A stretch of 57,841 bases of DNA, the filler included, from Sphacelaria rigidula (taxonomy: Eukaryota), in the NCBI GenBank assembly GCA_964200075.2. It is 5 parts of 5 records of this genome, joined end to end, with 100 filler letters (N's around TTAATTAATTAA, not from the genome) between each part and the next. Parts side by side here need not be neighbours in the genome. Positions count along the whole stretch, not along the records: positions 1 to 11,490 come from CAXNAA020004870.1; positions 11,591 to 23,080 come from CAXNAA020004871.1; 3 more parts are not named here. One strand, written 5' to 3'. Shown here one piece after another: positions 1-12,932 of this stretch. Position numbers and translations under genes: made by a program. How positions within the stretch are numbered: the stretch's first letter is position 1; each line of letters opens with the position of its first letter. The notes below the pieces were generated by a model. That model saw only the letters and a list, made by a program, of their open reading frames with translations. It was not told the origin of the DNA and made no database searches.

Positions 1-2815
1 ATATAGCCTAGGGATTGATTCGTCACGAGTCGACTCGTCATACTAAAACCAAGTAATTTACAGACGAATCAATATTTGTCCGACCCTTCAAAACGTTTCA
101 AGAAGTGAAATGTTACTGATAGATACCCCAGCTCGTGAAAGACAGTCAAGTTGCAATCGTGCGTAGGATAGAATTCCTGTAAGCTTTTCAACAAGTCTAC
201 TCGGTGCACAACGATGCTTTGACATGGTTGTCGTGGGAATGCCCAGTTCTTCTGGAAACGCGTGGGAAGAGCCAAATCAAACCTTCATTACACTCAGGAT
301 TCCAATCCGCGACGCAAAAGCTTTCATCTTGAGGACTAGTTTATCCCGGAGCAAGGTTGCAGTTGGATGCGTAACAGGTGCTTAGAACCCTAATGACGTT
401 TTTGATTAGCTTCTACACAGGCGGACGCAACAAGTGGAATGTCTGGCTCGGGGCATTACTGAAGGCTGACGTTTCAGTACCGTAGGTATATCGAGATGGT
501 CCATTCCATTTTCCGGGGCGAAAAAAGAAAGAGCAACCTCGATCTTCTCGCAAGCTGCGGCGGCCACGTAACTGAACGATGCGCCGTTCTGTGTATCCCA
601 TCTCGTCGGTACATTCCGGCAAAGCGACGCCCTGTATCAGTGCGGGGCCTCGGCGTTTGAGGGAAATTGAGGTTGAGTTAGGGGCCTTTTTAAGGGGAAT
701 TTCTTTTTCCGAGTTTTTCGACTTTTTCCGATAGAGTGGATAATATATATATATATATATATCCCGACTTCTCCGAAAAACTGCTGGGAAAAAATCCGAC
801 GTCAGTTTTTTTGGAGAAATCTGTAGTCCGTCTTCAACCTGGTTTTATTGGTTGACCTGGGTACGAAATCTGCTCTCGCTCTTTTTCGAAGAAAATATTT
901 TTTTCTCGAAAAAATCGGACACACTAAAAAAATAAACAGACCCGTTCATATACTCCCTTACTCATCGCCTTGGGCGACCTACTTCGTAGACTGCGGTATA
1001 TTCCTTGATCCCGTAAGAACCCAGCATCGATCACAATATTGGCGTAGCCCACGCAACGGATGGAAGCACTCGCTGAAGGAAACTCGAGAGAAAACGGAAA
1101 AGATGAATGAGTAGGAATCTACATGTTGACGCTCATGCATGCCTCAGCGATGGCAAGTGGCGGGATCTCGGTTAGGATGCGAAACATGCCAGTAGTGTTC
1201 ACCACTCGGTCACTTCAAACCTTCCCGGGACTTAATTACTCGATTTTAGTGTACATACCGATATTCGGATCTTTAGCAGAGCTGACAGCCCCAATTGCCC
1301 CTCGCGTGCGCAGAACGCGTTTTCGTCGAAGTCGGTCCCTGGGGCGCCGTTTTAAGGTCTGCCAATGCCCCACTTTGCCTAGGGAACGCTTCACACACCC
1401 CTTCGCCCGAGGGTTCTCGGTATGCCTTGGGCTGGGGTTAGAGTTGCGGTCAGCGCTATTAAAAGAAATATGCTTCCGAGAAATTTCTTCATCGACCAAA
1501 TGGTGAATACACCTCGAACAGGGTGGTATTGAGGGGCGCTTTGCCGACGGCGCATCTGCCCACACCCTAAAGAAGTATTCACAGTCATCATACAAATCCA
1601 TAAAGACATGACGAATCTTCAAGCGTTACCAATCCTCAGTCAGAACACTCACACCTTCGACAGTAGTAACTGGAAATTTAATCGTCTCTACTTGAACTGT
1701 ACTGTTGACGTTTTAATCGTTTTCCCAACCGTAACTTCTTGCTGTACATCACTCAAGCGTAACCATGGCCAGGATTTGTCCACTCGATACCACATCTTCT
1801 GGTTCTACGCATATACATCACCCTGGAAACCCAATTCTCCTACTCGCCGGTCATGTTCATTTTTTTTGCTGTGTATATATAACAATTTATAATTCTGGCC
1901 TGCCATCTTATCACAGAAGTTGTTCTGAAGCTCTGGTCCCTACCGGATTCGACTCGAACCCACCCCTCCGATAACGCTTAACAGTGTGTGCTGTTCACAG
2001 TATGATTGTGCGCGCGCGCGGTAACCACTGCACAAGCGTCGTCGGGGACTCATCGCCTTTGGACATTGGCGATGGCATGAGATGATTCTGTATACTTCAT
2101 CAGCCAGCGGTCCCAGATTCGCATCCCGCTGCCTGTCAACGCAGCACTGGGAAAAACACATCTCCCAAAGTTAAGCGGGCAACACGAAGTCGAAACGTTG
2201 GTGGGGGGTTACACAACTTGTGGCTGACTATGCAAGTAGGGTTCACGAAACTCACGAAAGTGTTTTTTCTGAGGCGATTGCTGGGCGTGGCGACCCGAGA
2301 CACGCAAGGAACATGCGAAGAAACTGTCCATGGTTATCCTTACCGCTACAGTAGCCGGCGAAAAAGGCCACCCCTTTAGACCTCGTCTCGTCGAAGAACG
2401 TACGAGGAGACTCATAATAATGGGGGGGGGGGGGGGGGGGGGGGGGGGCAGGCCCCAACAAAAAAAAAAAAAAAATATTTTTAAAAAAAATATTTTATGT
2501 TTTTGGAAGAGCCCACGGNNNNNNNNNNAAAAGCAGGCGGACAGAGTAGCCGATAGCGAGAGTGGAGGGGGAGCAAAAAAGAAAGGGAAGAGGTAAGGGA
2601 GTGTGGGGGGGGGGGGGGGGGGTGATGGGAGCACTGCCACATCAAAAAATAAAAACTATAATCTTCAAATACATACTTTATGATATTCGAAGAGCCCACG
2701 GGGTACAGATATATCGAGGAGGGAAAATCCCACAAACGTCCGTTGAGGACTCATAACAGTTTCACATTTTTGACATTCATCGAACATGTGTGTTTACTCT
2801 TTGACGACCGCTCAG

Positions 2816-3350
2816 GATGGACCAGACACTCCTAGGTGCCACAGTCTGGTCGTGGGATGTGGGTCATCCGTACGCCTACTTCAATGGGCCGCACGCAGCG
2901 GTGTCGCATTCGGAGATCACCGGCAGGCGAGTGCTGTTGCGCACAAGGGTTGATTTGGGGGTTGATTTGAGTGAGTGAGTGGTTGATTGATTGACTGATT
3001 GACTGATTGATTGGACCCTTTCTACGATAGCCCACCCAAAAAACCAACAGAAAAGTGCCACGAAGAAAATGGTGGTACAGCACCTGATGTATGGGTTCAG
3101 GTTGCATGAAGTGCCTCCTATGGGTGACATTGACGAGAACGAACTCTAGCGTGGGAACTCCCAGCTTCTCGTTGTGCTCGGCGATTTTAATTTCGATTTG
3201 CGTGGAGATTTTGCCTCCCCCAACCAGGCACTTTCTTTCTTTTTTTTTGGGGGGGGGGGCTATCGTAGAAAATGTCATTAACTGATTGGTTTATTTGAGT
3301 GCTTGCTTGAGTGATTGATTTATTGGCTGATTGCTTGATTGCTTGATTGC

Positions 3351-3397
<47 letters not shown>

Positions 3398-5709
3398 GTT
3401 GGTTGGTTGATTGATTGATTCGAGTGATTGATTGATTGATTGATTGATTGGTTGGTTGGCTGATTCGAGTGATTGGTTGGTTGATTGATCGGTTGATTGA
3501 TCGGTTGATTGATTGGTTGGTTGATTGGTTGATTCGAGTGATTGATTGGTTGATTGATTGATTGTTTGGTTGGTTGACTGATTGGTTGATTAGGTTTGAG
3601 TGATTGGTTGATTGATTGATCTGTTGATTGATTGGGTGGTTGGTTTATCGGTTGATCGTCTTGTGGTGTGGGATCCGCCAGGAATGCGGTCAGCCGTTAT
3701 GAACAAGATTCATGTCCCTAGCACCCCCCCTCCCCCCCCCGCGCGAAAAAAAAACATGCAGTAAAAAACCGGAAACACAAACTGACAGAAAAAAAAACTC
3801 TCGTGAGAAGGAAGGACAGAACAAAAAACCGGCTGAAAAATACAAACGCAGACACACAAGCAGAACAATCGCGACCGGAGTTTGAGCTATATGGATGTAT
3901 AGACATCTTTTCGCACTATATTCCTCAGTTCAGCTTTAACTGTCGTGATGTCTTTGAGCCTAAACTCGAGATGATGGTGAATTGCGGTTCTACCTTTAGG
4001 GGGTTACAACTTCGCTTTGACGATGTCTGGAGGATGTCGTGTGTGTGTCTTTGTTTTCTATTCCGTGTTGAAGCCACAAGATAAGCTGCTATAGCACAGT
4101 ACTCACCAAAATTGGAAGAAGTCGACGAAGTTTTGACGTAACGAAAAACTCTGTTGTTCCCAAGATCATTGATCATTGCTGTTACACCGAAATAATGATC
4201 CAGCGCGCGGCAGACAGCGGAAGACAGTTTGGATACATGACGTTATTGCTGAAAACTCGGCCTTAGAACATACCACAACAGCAAACAGTGCGGATTCATC
4301 GAGCATTACACGAACATTTCTACTTTTTGGCGCGCATAGTTCTACTAGCGTTTTCTCACACACTTTGTTTTCTCACTTTCAAGCCCTCCCTTTGTTAAGA
4401 AGAAGTCTGTGGGGTCAACGGATCGACCTATCTCTTCTCCGTCTGGAAAAGGGGAAAAATTACGATCGAGCCGAGTGCTCCGCAGTGTGAGTACGTTTGG
4501 GTGGTACTTACAGTAGTTGGACAAACGAGAAACGGAAATCCAGCCGGTTTGTAAGAAAGGAAGAATCAGTGCCGTCGAGTCCCATGCTCGTTTTCCCACT
4601 TCCGCCGGTGTACCACCGCTTACTACGCTTCACAGCGTCGCCAACATTTCCTTTAAATCTCTAGCAAGCCGTAAGCCTGGGTTCCGTGCAGATAAAATTG
4701 TTAACCCCACTTTGTTCATCTCGGTTATGTCCGTCATGTGACCACAGCTGGATCCATGGTGAATCAGTTAATGCACGACAATCAATCAATCAATCAAAAC
4801 CAATCAATCAACTAACCATAATCAGTACCTCAGGTTACGGAGCAGCTCACCCGGGGAGATAAAAGATCTAGGCTCGACCTTCGCTGTGCACAAAAGAGGC
4901 TCCAAAGTCCCCGAAAAATAACTCGTTTTCCGGAAAGATCTCGGCGAGATCTTTCTAGAAAGCGGAAGGACATTCGGCGGTGTGGCTACCGCAGTTAACC
5001 CTGAGACCGCGGTGCGGTAGTCCATCCGGATTATGCGTACTCTTTTCGAGTGAATATTGATGCCGATTTAGCAGGTGACCTACCCTCGCGGTCAAAGGGT
5101 TAACGGGAAGACCGAAGCTGAGTTTTTCATTAACCCGAGTGATCTACTCCATAACCTACGGTGTATGCACACATGCATATATATGTATATATATATATGA
5201 GTGCTACGATAGCGGGGGACGTGTTGTGGGTCATTTCTTCAACAGAATGCCACCTCAAGTCGTTGAGGGCAGCAACGTTTGTTCGAACCCGCTTGTTATA
5301 AAAAAGACATAATCATTCACTTGACACCGATGCCACTCGAACAAAAACGCGCAGTGAGTACTTCAGTCGTCTGACATACCTGTGAGCCCTGTTTGTGGTG
5401 TAATCAGACACCCCTTCCCCCCCATATCGTAGCGTCACGCATATGTTCTTTGTTAGTTGGGCCTTGTGTTTTCTCCCTCTCGAACCTCCCAGTTCATGTG
5501 TCCTCTTCTTCTTTTTCAACTTTCTCGATGATTTTTGCTCATTTCTTCTCGGTTTCCGCTGTTCAAGCGAGTTTCTCCACTCCTTTTGAGTTTGAAGAAG
5601 TCTGTTTGTTGACCGCCACCTGGACTCCTAGGCGGTATCAGTTAACTTTGACGTGTGAGAGATCAAATAGCAAGAAGTAGACATCCGAACGGCATTTTAA
5701 TGTGAAGAT

Positions 5710-5780
<71 letters not shown>

Positions 5781-7871
5781 CCCGATAGAAGTGAACCCCA
5801 ATAGTCCCTGCGTATGATACATTCAGACGCTGGGAACTATACTGTGACGACGAAATCTGAAAACGCTTGACGGAGTCTCTCCGCATCTTGACATACTTTC
5901 TCTCCATTATTTCTGTACTTTAGGTGGACAGCGGAGGCGGTCTCCGAGTCCGGTAGTGACCCCAACATCTTGCCCTTCGCCTGCAGAGATGACTCAGGTA
6001 GGGTTGTTGCTGCCCTCAGGTGGTTCAGTGGTTCGACTGTCAACATTAGGGTGGAGAGAGCGTGCGTTCGGTTCTCGATGCCTTGTATTTTCCTTCGAAA
6101 ATGTCTGATTTTCCATCGTCGAAAGCGTGAGTACGCGAGTAACAAAGCAAAGTAGTTGACGGAGTTGGGTTGACGAAGGTTGACGCGGTGCGGGAGTGGT
6201 GATAATCATGATCCAATCCGCGAGACCAGAACGCAAATCGTGTACTTGTACCCGAGAAAGAAATTGGTTGCTTCCCTTGTGACCACGAAGTCGTCTCAAG
6301 GAAGGGGAGGGGTTCAAAGGGCGACAAATAAATGAAGGAAGAAAAACAAACTCACTCTTGATTTTTTTTCTTGTTATTATTCACGGGGGTTTTTTTCCCG
6401 TGAGATTTTTTTTTTCTCTTTACCCAGGGTGTATCCATCTTGTGATCACGCCTGGGTCGGTTCTCCGGGGATTAATTAATTCGCGACAAATCCATCGAAT
6501 CGAGTCAGTAAAGGTGCCACCGGTGGAGTCTTTATCAGAACACCCTCGAGATACATACGCACGGGCGGGTTTTGCGAGCGCGAACGATGCCATGGGCCAT
6601 TCCAAGCCTGGAGGGTCTTCTCACGCAAACTGTTCCTGCTCGAAGGGTGGCCGTTTACGGTAGTGTTGCGTGGCTGATGCCCGTTTTCACTTTCATTGTA
6701 AGCGGTCGCGCTGCTGCTGCTGCTCCTTGGACAGGTTCACGCTTTTTTTGCGTTTTTCAAAAGCAGAAGACAGTTCTGATTTCTTTTTTCAGCATTGTCA
6801 TCAAACCATGAATACGCTTGCACGTCTTGTATGGCGTGCGTGAAAAGTGAATAGTTTCTCGGCGGCGACGATATACCACTGCCGCGTGCGCAGAGGTTTC
6901 CACCAAGCGACGCCATTGTGCTTTTCAAAACACGGCTGAATGATGGCTCCTGCTTTCATCTATGCGGTATATTCCTGTGCATCCATGATGTAAACATGCG
7001 AGTCACGATCCCGACAACGATCAAACCGCATTTTTACAGAAGAGTAGACATCTTACATGAATTATTATGACATTATCGCCTCATATGTATATATATATAT
7101 AGATGAGAAGATTTAAAATTAAAAAAATCTTGAAAGACGCTCCGCTTCTAAGTCCGAGGTTTTCACCGCGAAAGGCATCACGTTAAAGTACGTGACGAGC
7201 GAAGCGCGCGTTGACTTATTGCAGACGGTGCTCGCGGGGAGTGGAGCGTCTCGAGCAGCGCCGAAGGCTTTTGGGGAGATGGCAACACAATATGCCAGGC
7301 AAGCGACCTCGTGTTTGGGGCCCCTCGCACGGCGAAGGAAAACAACGCGTTGCTGGCCAAGATGCGCAAGGTGGGTGAGGCGTGGAATAAGAGACAGCTA
7401 CCGAATATCGAACTATGTGGAACAAATATCGAGATGATTGCGAAATCATTTCGCGGTAACTACGACAAGCGAGAGGATATTCTTGTCTTGCGGAACAATA
7501 TCGTGATGCTTGCGCGATATTTTAGCGGTTGATTACCGCGAGCGGGAGGGTACTATGCTGTCTTAAGGAATAATATCGGGGTGATTCCGAGATAATTCCG
7601 CGGTGATGATGGCAAGCAGTAAGATACTGTCTTACGGAGTAATATCGGTATGCTTGCGGGGAAATATCGCGATGAATATTGTAAGCGGGAGGGTACGGTT
7701 GATCCGATGATAAAATACACGAAGTTTCACATAGGTATGGTCTGTTTATGATACACTGGAAATATATATATATATATACCTCCATCTGCTGCATACACCA
7801 GATATGTTTTATTTCTCTCCGCAGAGTACTACTGGTCACGTCCTGTTCGCACCACATCTCGTGGGGAGTAG
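2816..7871 (+). CDS. Partial multi-exon gene; C-terminal Trp/Cys module of the type found after PI-PLC-like phosphodiesterase domains
   Basis: Phase-compatible exons: 2816-2926 (MDQTLLGATVWSWDVGHPYAYFNGPHAAVSHSEITG, GC donor ag|gcgagt), 5924-5997 (RWTAEAVSESGSDPNILPFACRDDS), 7225-7370 (DGARGEWSVSSSAEGFWGDGNTICQASDLVFGAPRTAKENNALLAKMRK), and probably one from 7825 (STTGHVLFAPHLVGS..., end uncertain). The family call is from recalled motif pattern only. Upstream exons were not found. Confidence 0.6.
3290..3720 (-). repeat. Degenerate (GATT)n/(CAAT)n microsatellite, probably the expanded tail of a minus-strand LINE 3' end
   Basis: About 360 bp of gatt/ggtt repeats (a shorter tract at 2970-3012), followed by sequence resembling the reverse complement of the CAAT-tailed ends at 4720-4810, 10170-10240 and 14620-14682. 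Confidence 0.7.
4999..5099. mobile_element. piggyBac-type MITE (101 bp)
   Basis: ttaa|ccctgagaccgcg ... cgcggtcaaaggg|ttaa: TTAA on both sides, CCC/GGG termini, imperfect TIRs. Related copies at 30965, 33568 and about 56815. Confidence 0.75.
5630..5781 (+). repeat. (CAA)n microsatellite tail preceded by a probable retroelement 3' end
   Basis: Pure (aac)n at 5710-5780, directly after ...ttttaatgtgaagat. The retroelement origin is inferred. Confidence 0.6.
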
Positions 7872-8149
7872 GTACAGTGCAGATTTTTCTTGGCTTCCGA
7901 AAGTGTGCGGTGTGATTTTAACTGGGTTGCGAGAGTGTCCCGACGTGACTGCGACGATGCGTTTCCGAAGAAGTAACACAGTGTTTCGCGGCGTGATAGT
8001 ATATGAATCATGTGCGGGACAACTGCAACGTGATTCATGAACCCTCACGGGAGAATATTGTTGATTTAGGAAGTGCACACCTCCACACCTGTCGGCGTAT
8101 AAACACCGCAATCCAGGCATGTATACCTGGAAGTCTTTGAAACATAGAG

Positions 8150-11047
8150 TGCCACAACGTTTCAAGTTGTGTATGCCCCCACGGACACTTTACAGTCAAA
8201 AGAAGAAATACATGTGTTCTGGACCGAGGTAGACAGCATTGTGAACTGAACCCCCCACAACAATCACCTGTTGATTTTCATGGATGCTAACGCAAGGACT
8301 GAGGTACGAACAGGCGAGGACGAATGAAAAGTTGTCGGGGCATACGGCCGGGACTCCCGATCCAACTACCGTAACGGTATCTCTCTACTGCAATTTGTAG
8401 GCGACAACAGCTTTGCCCTGGTCAACACGTTTTTTTTTCCGTCCCCAAGGAAAGCACCTCGCGTACGTTCAACGGTATTGCGAATCGCCCCGCGGACAAA
8501 ACATGCATTGACTACATCCTCACACGGCATGATCACCGCAGGCTTGCTCGCAATGTCACCTTCCGCCTTCAACCCCCCAACTCGCCGGACTCTGACCACA
8601 ACATCGTGTGCGCCTCAGTACGGCTCCTTGATTGCCTCGCATACAACATACCCAAACAAATTCCAATTGGACGGACACCAATCGACAGACGGGCAGTACT
8701 ATCTGACCCCGACAGACTTGAGCAACTCACCCACCTCATCAGTGAGCTCAAACAAAGTATACCTGGCGATGAGGTTAGTTCACTGGCTACGAACTTTGCC
8801 GACGTACTCTCTTGAGTGCCGCTGAAAAGGTGGTACCCCCTCTGACCCGAAAGTCACGTATACCGGGGTGGTATGAGGATGCCGCCATCCGAACGGAGTT
8901 CGAACAGGTCTGGAATGAGATTAACGGGGCTACTGAGATCATCTCGAGATAAACCCGCATGGCGCACTTTGCGAGCAGCGTGAGAAAAGGTGAAAGATGT
9001 GATCCAAGTTGGGGTGGACAAATATATGGATGTGTATGCTAGAGAGTCGGAGGAGTATACTCGAGCGGGAGACATGAGAGGATGGTATAGACATCTCAAC
9101 GGAGGGTGGAGACTGTCTGGATCACCAACAGAGAGTGAGCAGTACATTCGAGATGAGGACGGCAAAATGCTGCGGGACGACGGTTTGATCAGTGAGAGAT
9201 GGGAACAGTACTTCTCCACATTGCTGAATGTCATATCGGCATCTATCGACCAAACCGTCATCGAGAAAATTGCACAACGACCGATAGCGCTGTCACTAGG
9301 AGATCCGCCAAGCCCAAATGAAACTAAGGGGTCTCCGAGAGCTGTGTCGAACGGCAGAGCGACAGATCCATATGGTCTGACTGTTGAAATCCTGAAGCTT
9401 GGACTGAACGGAGAAGCGTCGGAGATTCTGCATCACGTCCACAGCATCGTCTCTGCAGTTTGGACATATGGCGAGGTGCCGCAGGAATGGCAAGCTTTCA
9501 TCATCAAAGCGGGGCGAAAAAAAAGGATAGGGTCGAGTGCGGTAACTACAGAGGCGTTTTACTCGTGGCATATGCTGTTGAAGTCCTCCTCATAATCGTA
9601 GTCAACAGACTCGGTAATTCCTGTGATGAAACGAAGGAGCCCGACGAAAGTGGTTCGTCTACGGTGTAGAGGCTAACGATGCATACGGTTGGGTCACTGC
9701 GGCGAAGAACGTGGACAAATGGCATATTAGAGTCGAAAAGGGAGCGGAAGAGTTTGAGGACACGTGGCGACGCGCGGACAAGCAAGAATCAGACCGCCTT
9801 CACGAACGAGAGGCTGCTGCGTCGAGGGCTTCCACTCGGAGAATCCTGTCTGCTCATATCGGTTGTTGATTATGTCTTTATTCGGTGGCTCTGCGGTGCC
9901 CTCTGGTGTGTATCTGTATCTGTACTGCTGCCCTGAATCCCTTGGGGCTTTTTTTCGTATTTTTTTTTTATTTGTTCTTGACTTTCCTCTTCTTCTCCTT
10001 TTTTGTTTTTGTTTTAAGTCCGCCATTTCTTTCTGTGCTTTGCTTGTGTCGACTTTTTTATTACCTTTTTGTTGTTACGACTTGGGCTGCTATGTCGTTC
10101 TGTCCGACTTTTTTTTTCTGTTCCTTTTTTTCTTCAGAGCGTGTTTCAGTTTCGTCTTTCTTGGGTACGTACGTCTATCATGAGACGACGGATGGACCCC
10201 TGGGGGGTCAGTTAAACTCCGACAATCAATCAATCAATCAAAACAGATGTCTTCCTGGAAGAGCAGTGCGGACTTAGGCTCCAACGATCGACCGCAGACG
10301 TGATGTTCGTAGTACATCGACCTCGGGAGTTGGGACGAGCGAGCAACGTCCCACCAAACTTGTGCCTTCTCGGTGTGCAAAAATGCCCACGATTCCGTAG
10401 ACCCCACGCTTACGTGGGAAGTGCTTACTCGGTTCGGAGTCCCGCCGCGAGTGATTACGAGTATCCGTATGTTTCACGACGACATGCGAGCTCGGGTACA
10501 GCTGGATGATGGCGAACTATCAGCGTGGTTCCACGTCTGCCAGAGACCCAGATAAGGTTGCGTTTCGTCCCCGATGTTGTTCAACATCTTTGGAGCAGGC
10601 GTGGTCGACGTGATCGTTCAGCGGTTTGCGGCGGACCCGGTCATCGTATCAGACTTGGTTTATCTAGATGATGCGCCCGAAGGTGACGATGGTAAGCCCC
10701 TGGAACTTCCGCCGCTGGAAATGGTGCGACGCGCGGTGTGGGTAATGTTTTATGCGGACGACGCAGGCATAGTCTCGAGGACCTCAGACGGCCTTGTGCG
10801 AATGATGGCGGTGATAGTGGTGACCTACCAGGAATTCGGCCTGCCGGTCTCCGACCGCAAGACAGAGTCCATGCGCCTTTGGTCAGTACCCAGTCCCACG
10901 GAGGCCGCCCTGCGCATCAAAGCTTTCGGTCAACGGTGTAAGCAGACGGGGAAGTTTGTTTACCTTGGTGGAGCTATCAGCGCGGATGCGAACGGGCCCA
11001 TCAAAATCAACCGCCGCATCAGCGCAGCCTGGGCGCGTATCCGAAAA
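8150..11047 (+). mobile_element. Decayed RTE-clade-like non-LTR retrotransposon (APE endonuclease plus reverse transcriptase), 5'-truncated, with stops and frameshifts
   Basis: APE motifs: VVYAPT, IFMDANART, ALVNTFF, IDYILTR, SDHNIVCASVRL. RT motifs: WEQYFSTLLN, GEVPQEW, KKDRVECGNYRGVLL, EEQCGLR..RST.DVMFVV, FYADDAGIVS, FVYLGGAIS...INRRISAAWAR. Confidence 0.92.
9633..10244 (+). mobile_element. 5'-truncated LINE 3' end (ORF C-terminus, T-rich 3'UTR, (CAAT)n tail) nested in the host RT
   Basis: It encodes ...GWVTAAKNVDKWHIRVEKGAEEFEDTWRRADKQESDRLHERE. Removing it restores the host frame NRLGNSCDE-TDVFLEEQCG. The sequence aaac occurs at both junctions (9629-9632 and 10241-10244). Confidence 0.8.
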
Positions 11048-11490
11048 TATATAGTAGTCAGCATCAGAAGTTTCCAGAATTCGTAAGTGTTCTATTTTTT
11101 TTAGTTTTTCTTAAGTACTATTCTTCACTACTACTTGAAAGTGCTAGCGCCGGTAGATTTAGGGAGAAAGCGTAGGCCGCACCCAAACTGCAGTGCTCGC
11201 GTCGGTGTTTTTGGGGCGATACGGACTTGATACCCCGTTTATCAGGAGGGTATAGACCGTTTTTGGTCCAATACAAGCAGTTTTCCCGCTCTTCAGCGAC
11301 GAAACGGTAAATATTCAGATAAATGAATACGTATGAAATTCTTCACAATAACGATCGAGATCATATTTCCCTCCTATACTGCACAGACCTCAGTCCAGCA
11401 TTTTCTGCGGATGGCCTTTTTTCGGGGGGGTTTCGCATAGCATTTTCCATTAGCACTCGAAAGTGCTAGTGTCGATAAGTTTGGCAAAAT

Positions 11491-11590
11491 NNNNNNNNNN
11501 NNNNNNNNNNNNNNNNNNNNNNNNNNNNNNNNNNTTAATTAATTAANNNNNNNNNNNNNNNNNNNNNNNNNNNNNNNNNNNNNNNNNNNN
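11491..11590. other. Artificial contig linker (N-run with TTAATTAATTAA)
   Basis: 100 nt with a six-frame stop 12-mer in the middle; the same linker occurs four times. Confidence 0.97.
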
Positions 11591-11591
11591 T

Positions 11592-12327
11592 GGGTCTTAT
11601 AGACTGAAAAAATCTCTGAGAAAAGTCGTTTTGGTCAGTCTCCAGAGACTTTTTTCAGAACGCGACCTCATTATTGAGCCATTTTTCATGAAAAAAGCTT
11701 CTGGAAATTGGCCACAGTTTGCTGACAGCGGGATTCTGATAAATCTCTCTGCGAAAAGCAATCGATTCGTAGAGACTTTTTTCAGTCTGCGAATTGTCAT
11801 TCCATCACACATTCCTCGCACACCGCACCCGCAATGGCACAGTCAGTGCTCCATCACACACTCCTCGGATACAAGCGTAGTACAGTCAGCGCAAAAGTAG
11901 TTGTCCATGTTGTATGTACAGTACAGTGCCAACAGCATAGCTGCTGCAGCAGTCCGTGCATCCTTTTCATGACCGTTGAACCCTGGACAGACAGTACAGG
12001 CAGTGCAGTGTTTTTTTGCCAGCAGCGTTATACAGTAAAATAGCACGATGTCGCCCCTGCTGGCTGTGTTGACTGTTCGTACTGTTTCATGCTCGTCGTG
12101 CCCGCCACCGACTGCGGACTTTTGTAGTATTCTGCGTACTGAGACGGTTGTTACCGCACTTCTTATCAACTGTCACGTGAATTTGTTGTTTGCGGTATGG
12201 CACAAACCGTTTGCTGCACTCATTGCGCCGCTTGCGACACGACTACTGTACCAAGCGGCGATCGGCTGAAGTAAGGGTTGATACCCCCATCATTTCGATC
12301 CCCATCACGGAGTATACCAGTAGCTAC

Positions 12328-12371
<44 letters not shown>

Positions 12372-12640
12372 GCCATCCCATTCATCCTGTACCTCGACAG
12401 AATTATTCACGTGTTGATTTACCGTAGGCTCACCGCAGGTGGCACAGGCACAAAATACAAATGATGACCACTACCAGCGTCTGCACGCCGGCTAGATGAT
12501 GGCCTCGGGTATACAAATCCCCATGATTTTTTCATACTCTATAAGGTGGGGTTCTGGAAACTGATTTCTCTGGAGAAAGTCTCTGAGAAAAGTCGTCCAA
12601 AATGACCTTTCTCAGATACTTTTTTCAGTCTACAAGAAGC
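11592..12640. mobile_element. Non-autonomous TIR element (about 1.05 kb)
   Basis: Left end gggtcttatagactgaaaaaatctctgagaaaagtcgttttgg matches the reverse complement of the right end, gcttcttgtagactgaaaaaagtatctgagaaaggtcattttgg (about 43-bp imperfect TIR). There is an internal (GT)n at 12333-12370. The TSD cannot be tested because the left end sits at the contig edge. Confidence 0.7.
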
Positions 12641-12932
12641 GGCCTAAGCTGTTTCGATCGAAAACAAAAACACGCGATCGAAAGGCACGAAGCGGCACTT
12701 GGCTCCTATCTTACAGGCTGCCACGCCAGATAACACCTGTTCACAGGACCATGCAAACTCCATCCAACTCATTTTCAGCTACAGCCGCAACCCTGCAGCA
12801 TAGAGCACGTGTTAAACGCAAAAAACAGTAGATATACCTCAGTCGTTGGGTATACTTTGTTTGTTTTTTGTTTTGTGTTTCTGTTTTTGTTGGCAAAAAC
12901 TTGCGCGTCTTTTCATGGTGGAGATCATCAAC

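Noticed and set aside
2420..2700. Apparent local duplication around poly-G and a short N-run (also 17024-17190 and 50710-50830)
   Set aside because: The left copy is a homopolymer-degraded version of the right (both end in gaagagcccacgg), typical of sequencing or gap-closing error after poly-G.
3020..3250. Minus-strand ORF faintly like the post-RT region of RTE LINEs (HH..L....GYRRK)
   Set aside because: The similarity is too weak to call without a search.
11491..11590. TTAATTAATTAA as a biological site (PacI site or piggyBac target)
   Set aside because: It is centred in identical 100-nt N spacers and is a synthetic linker.
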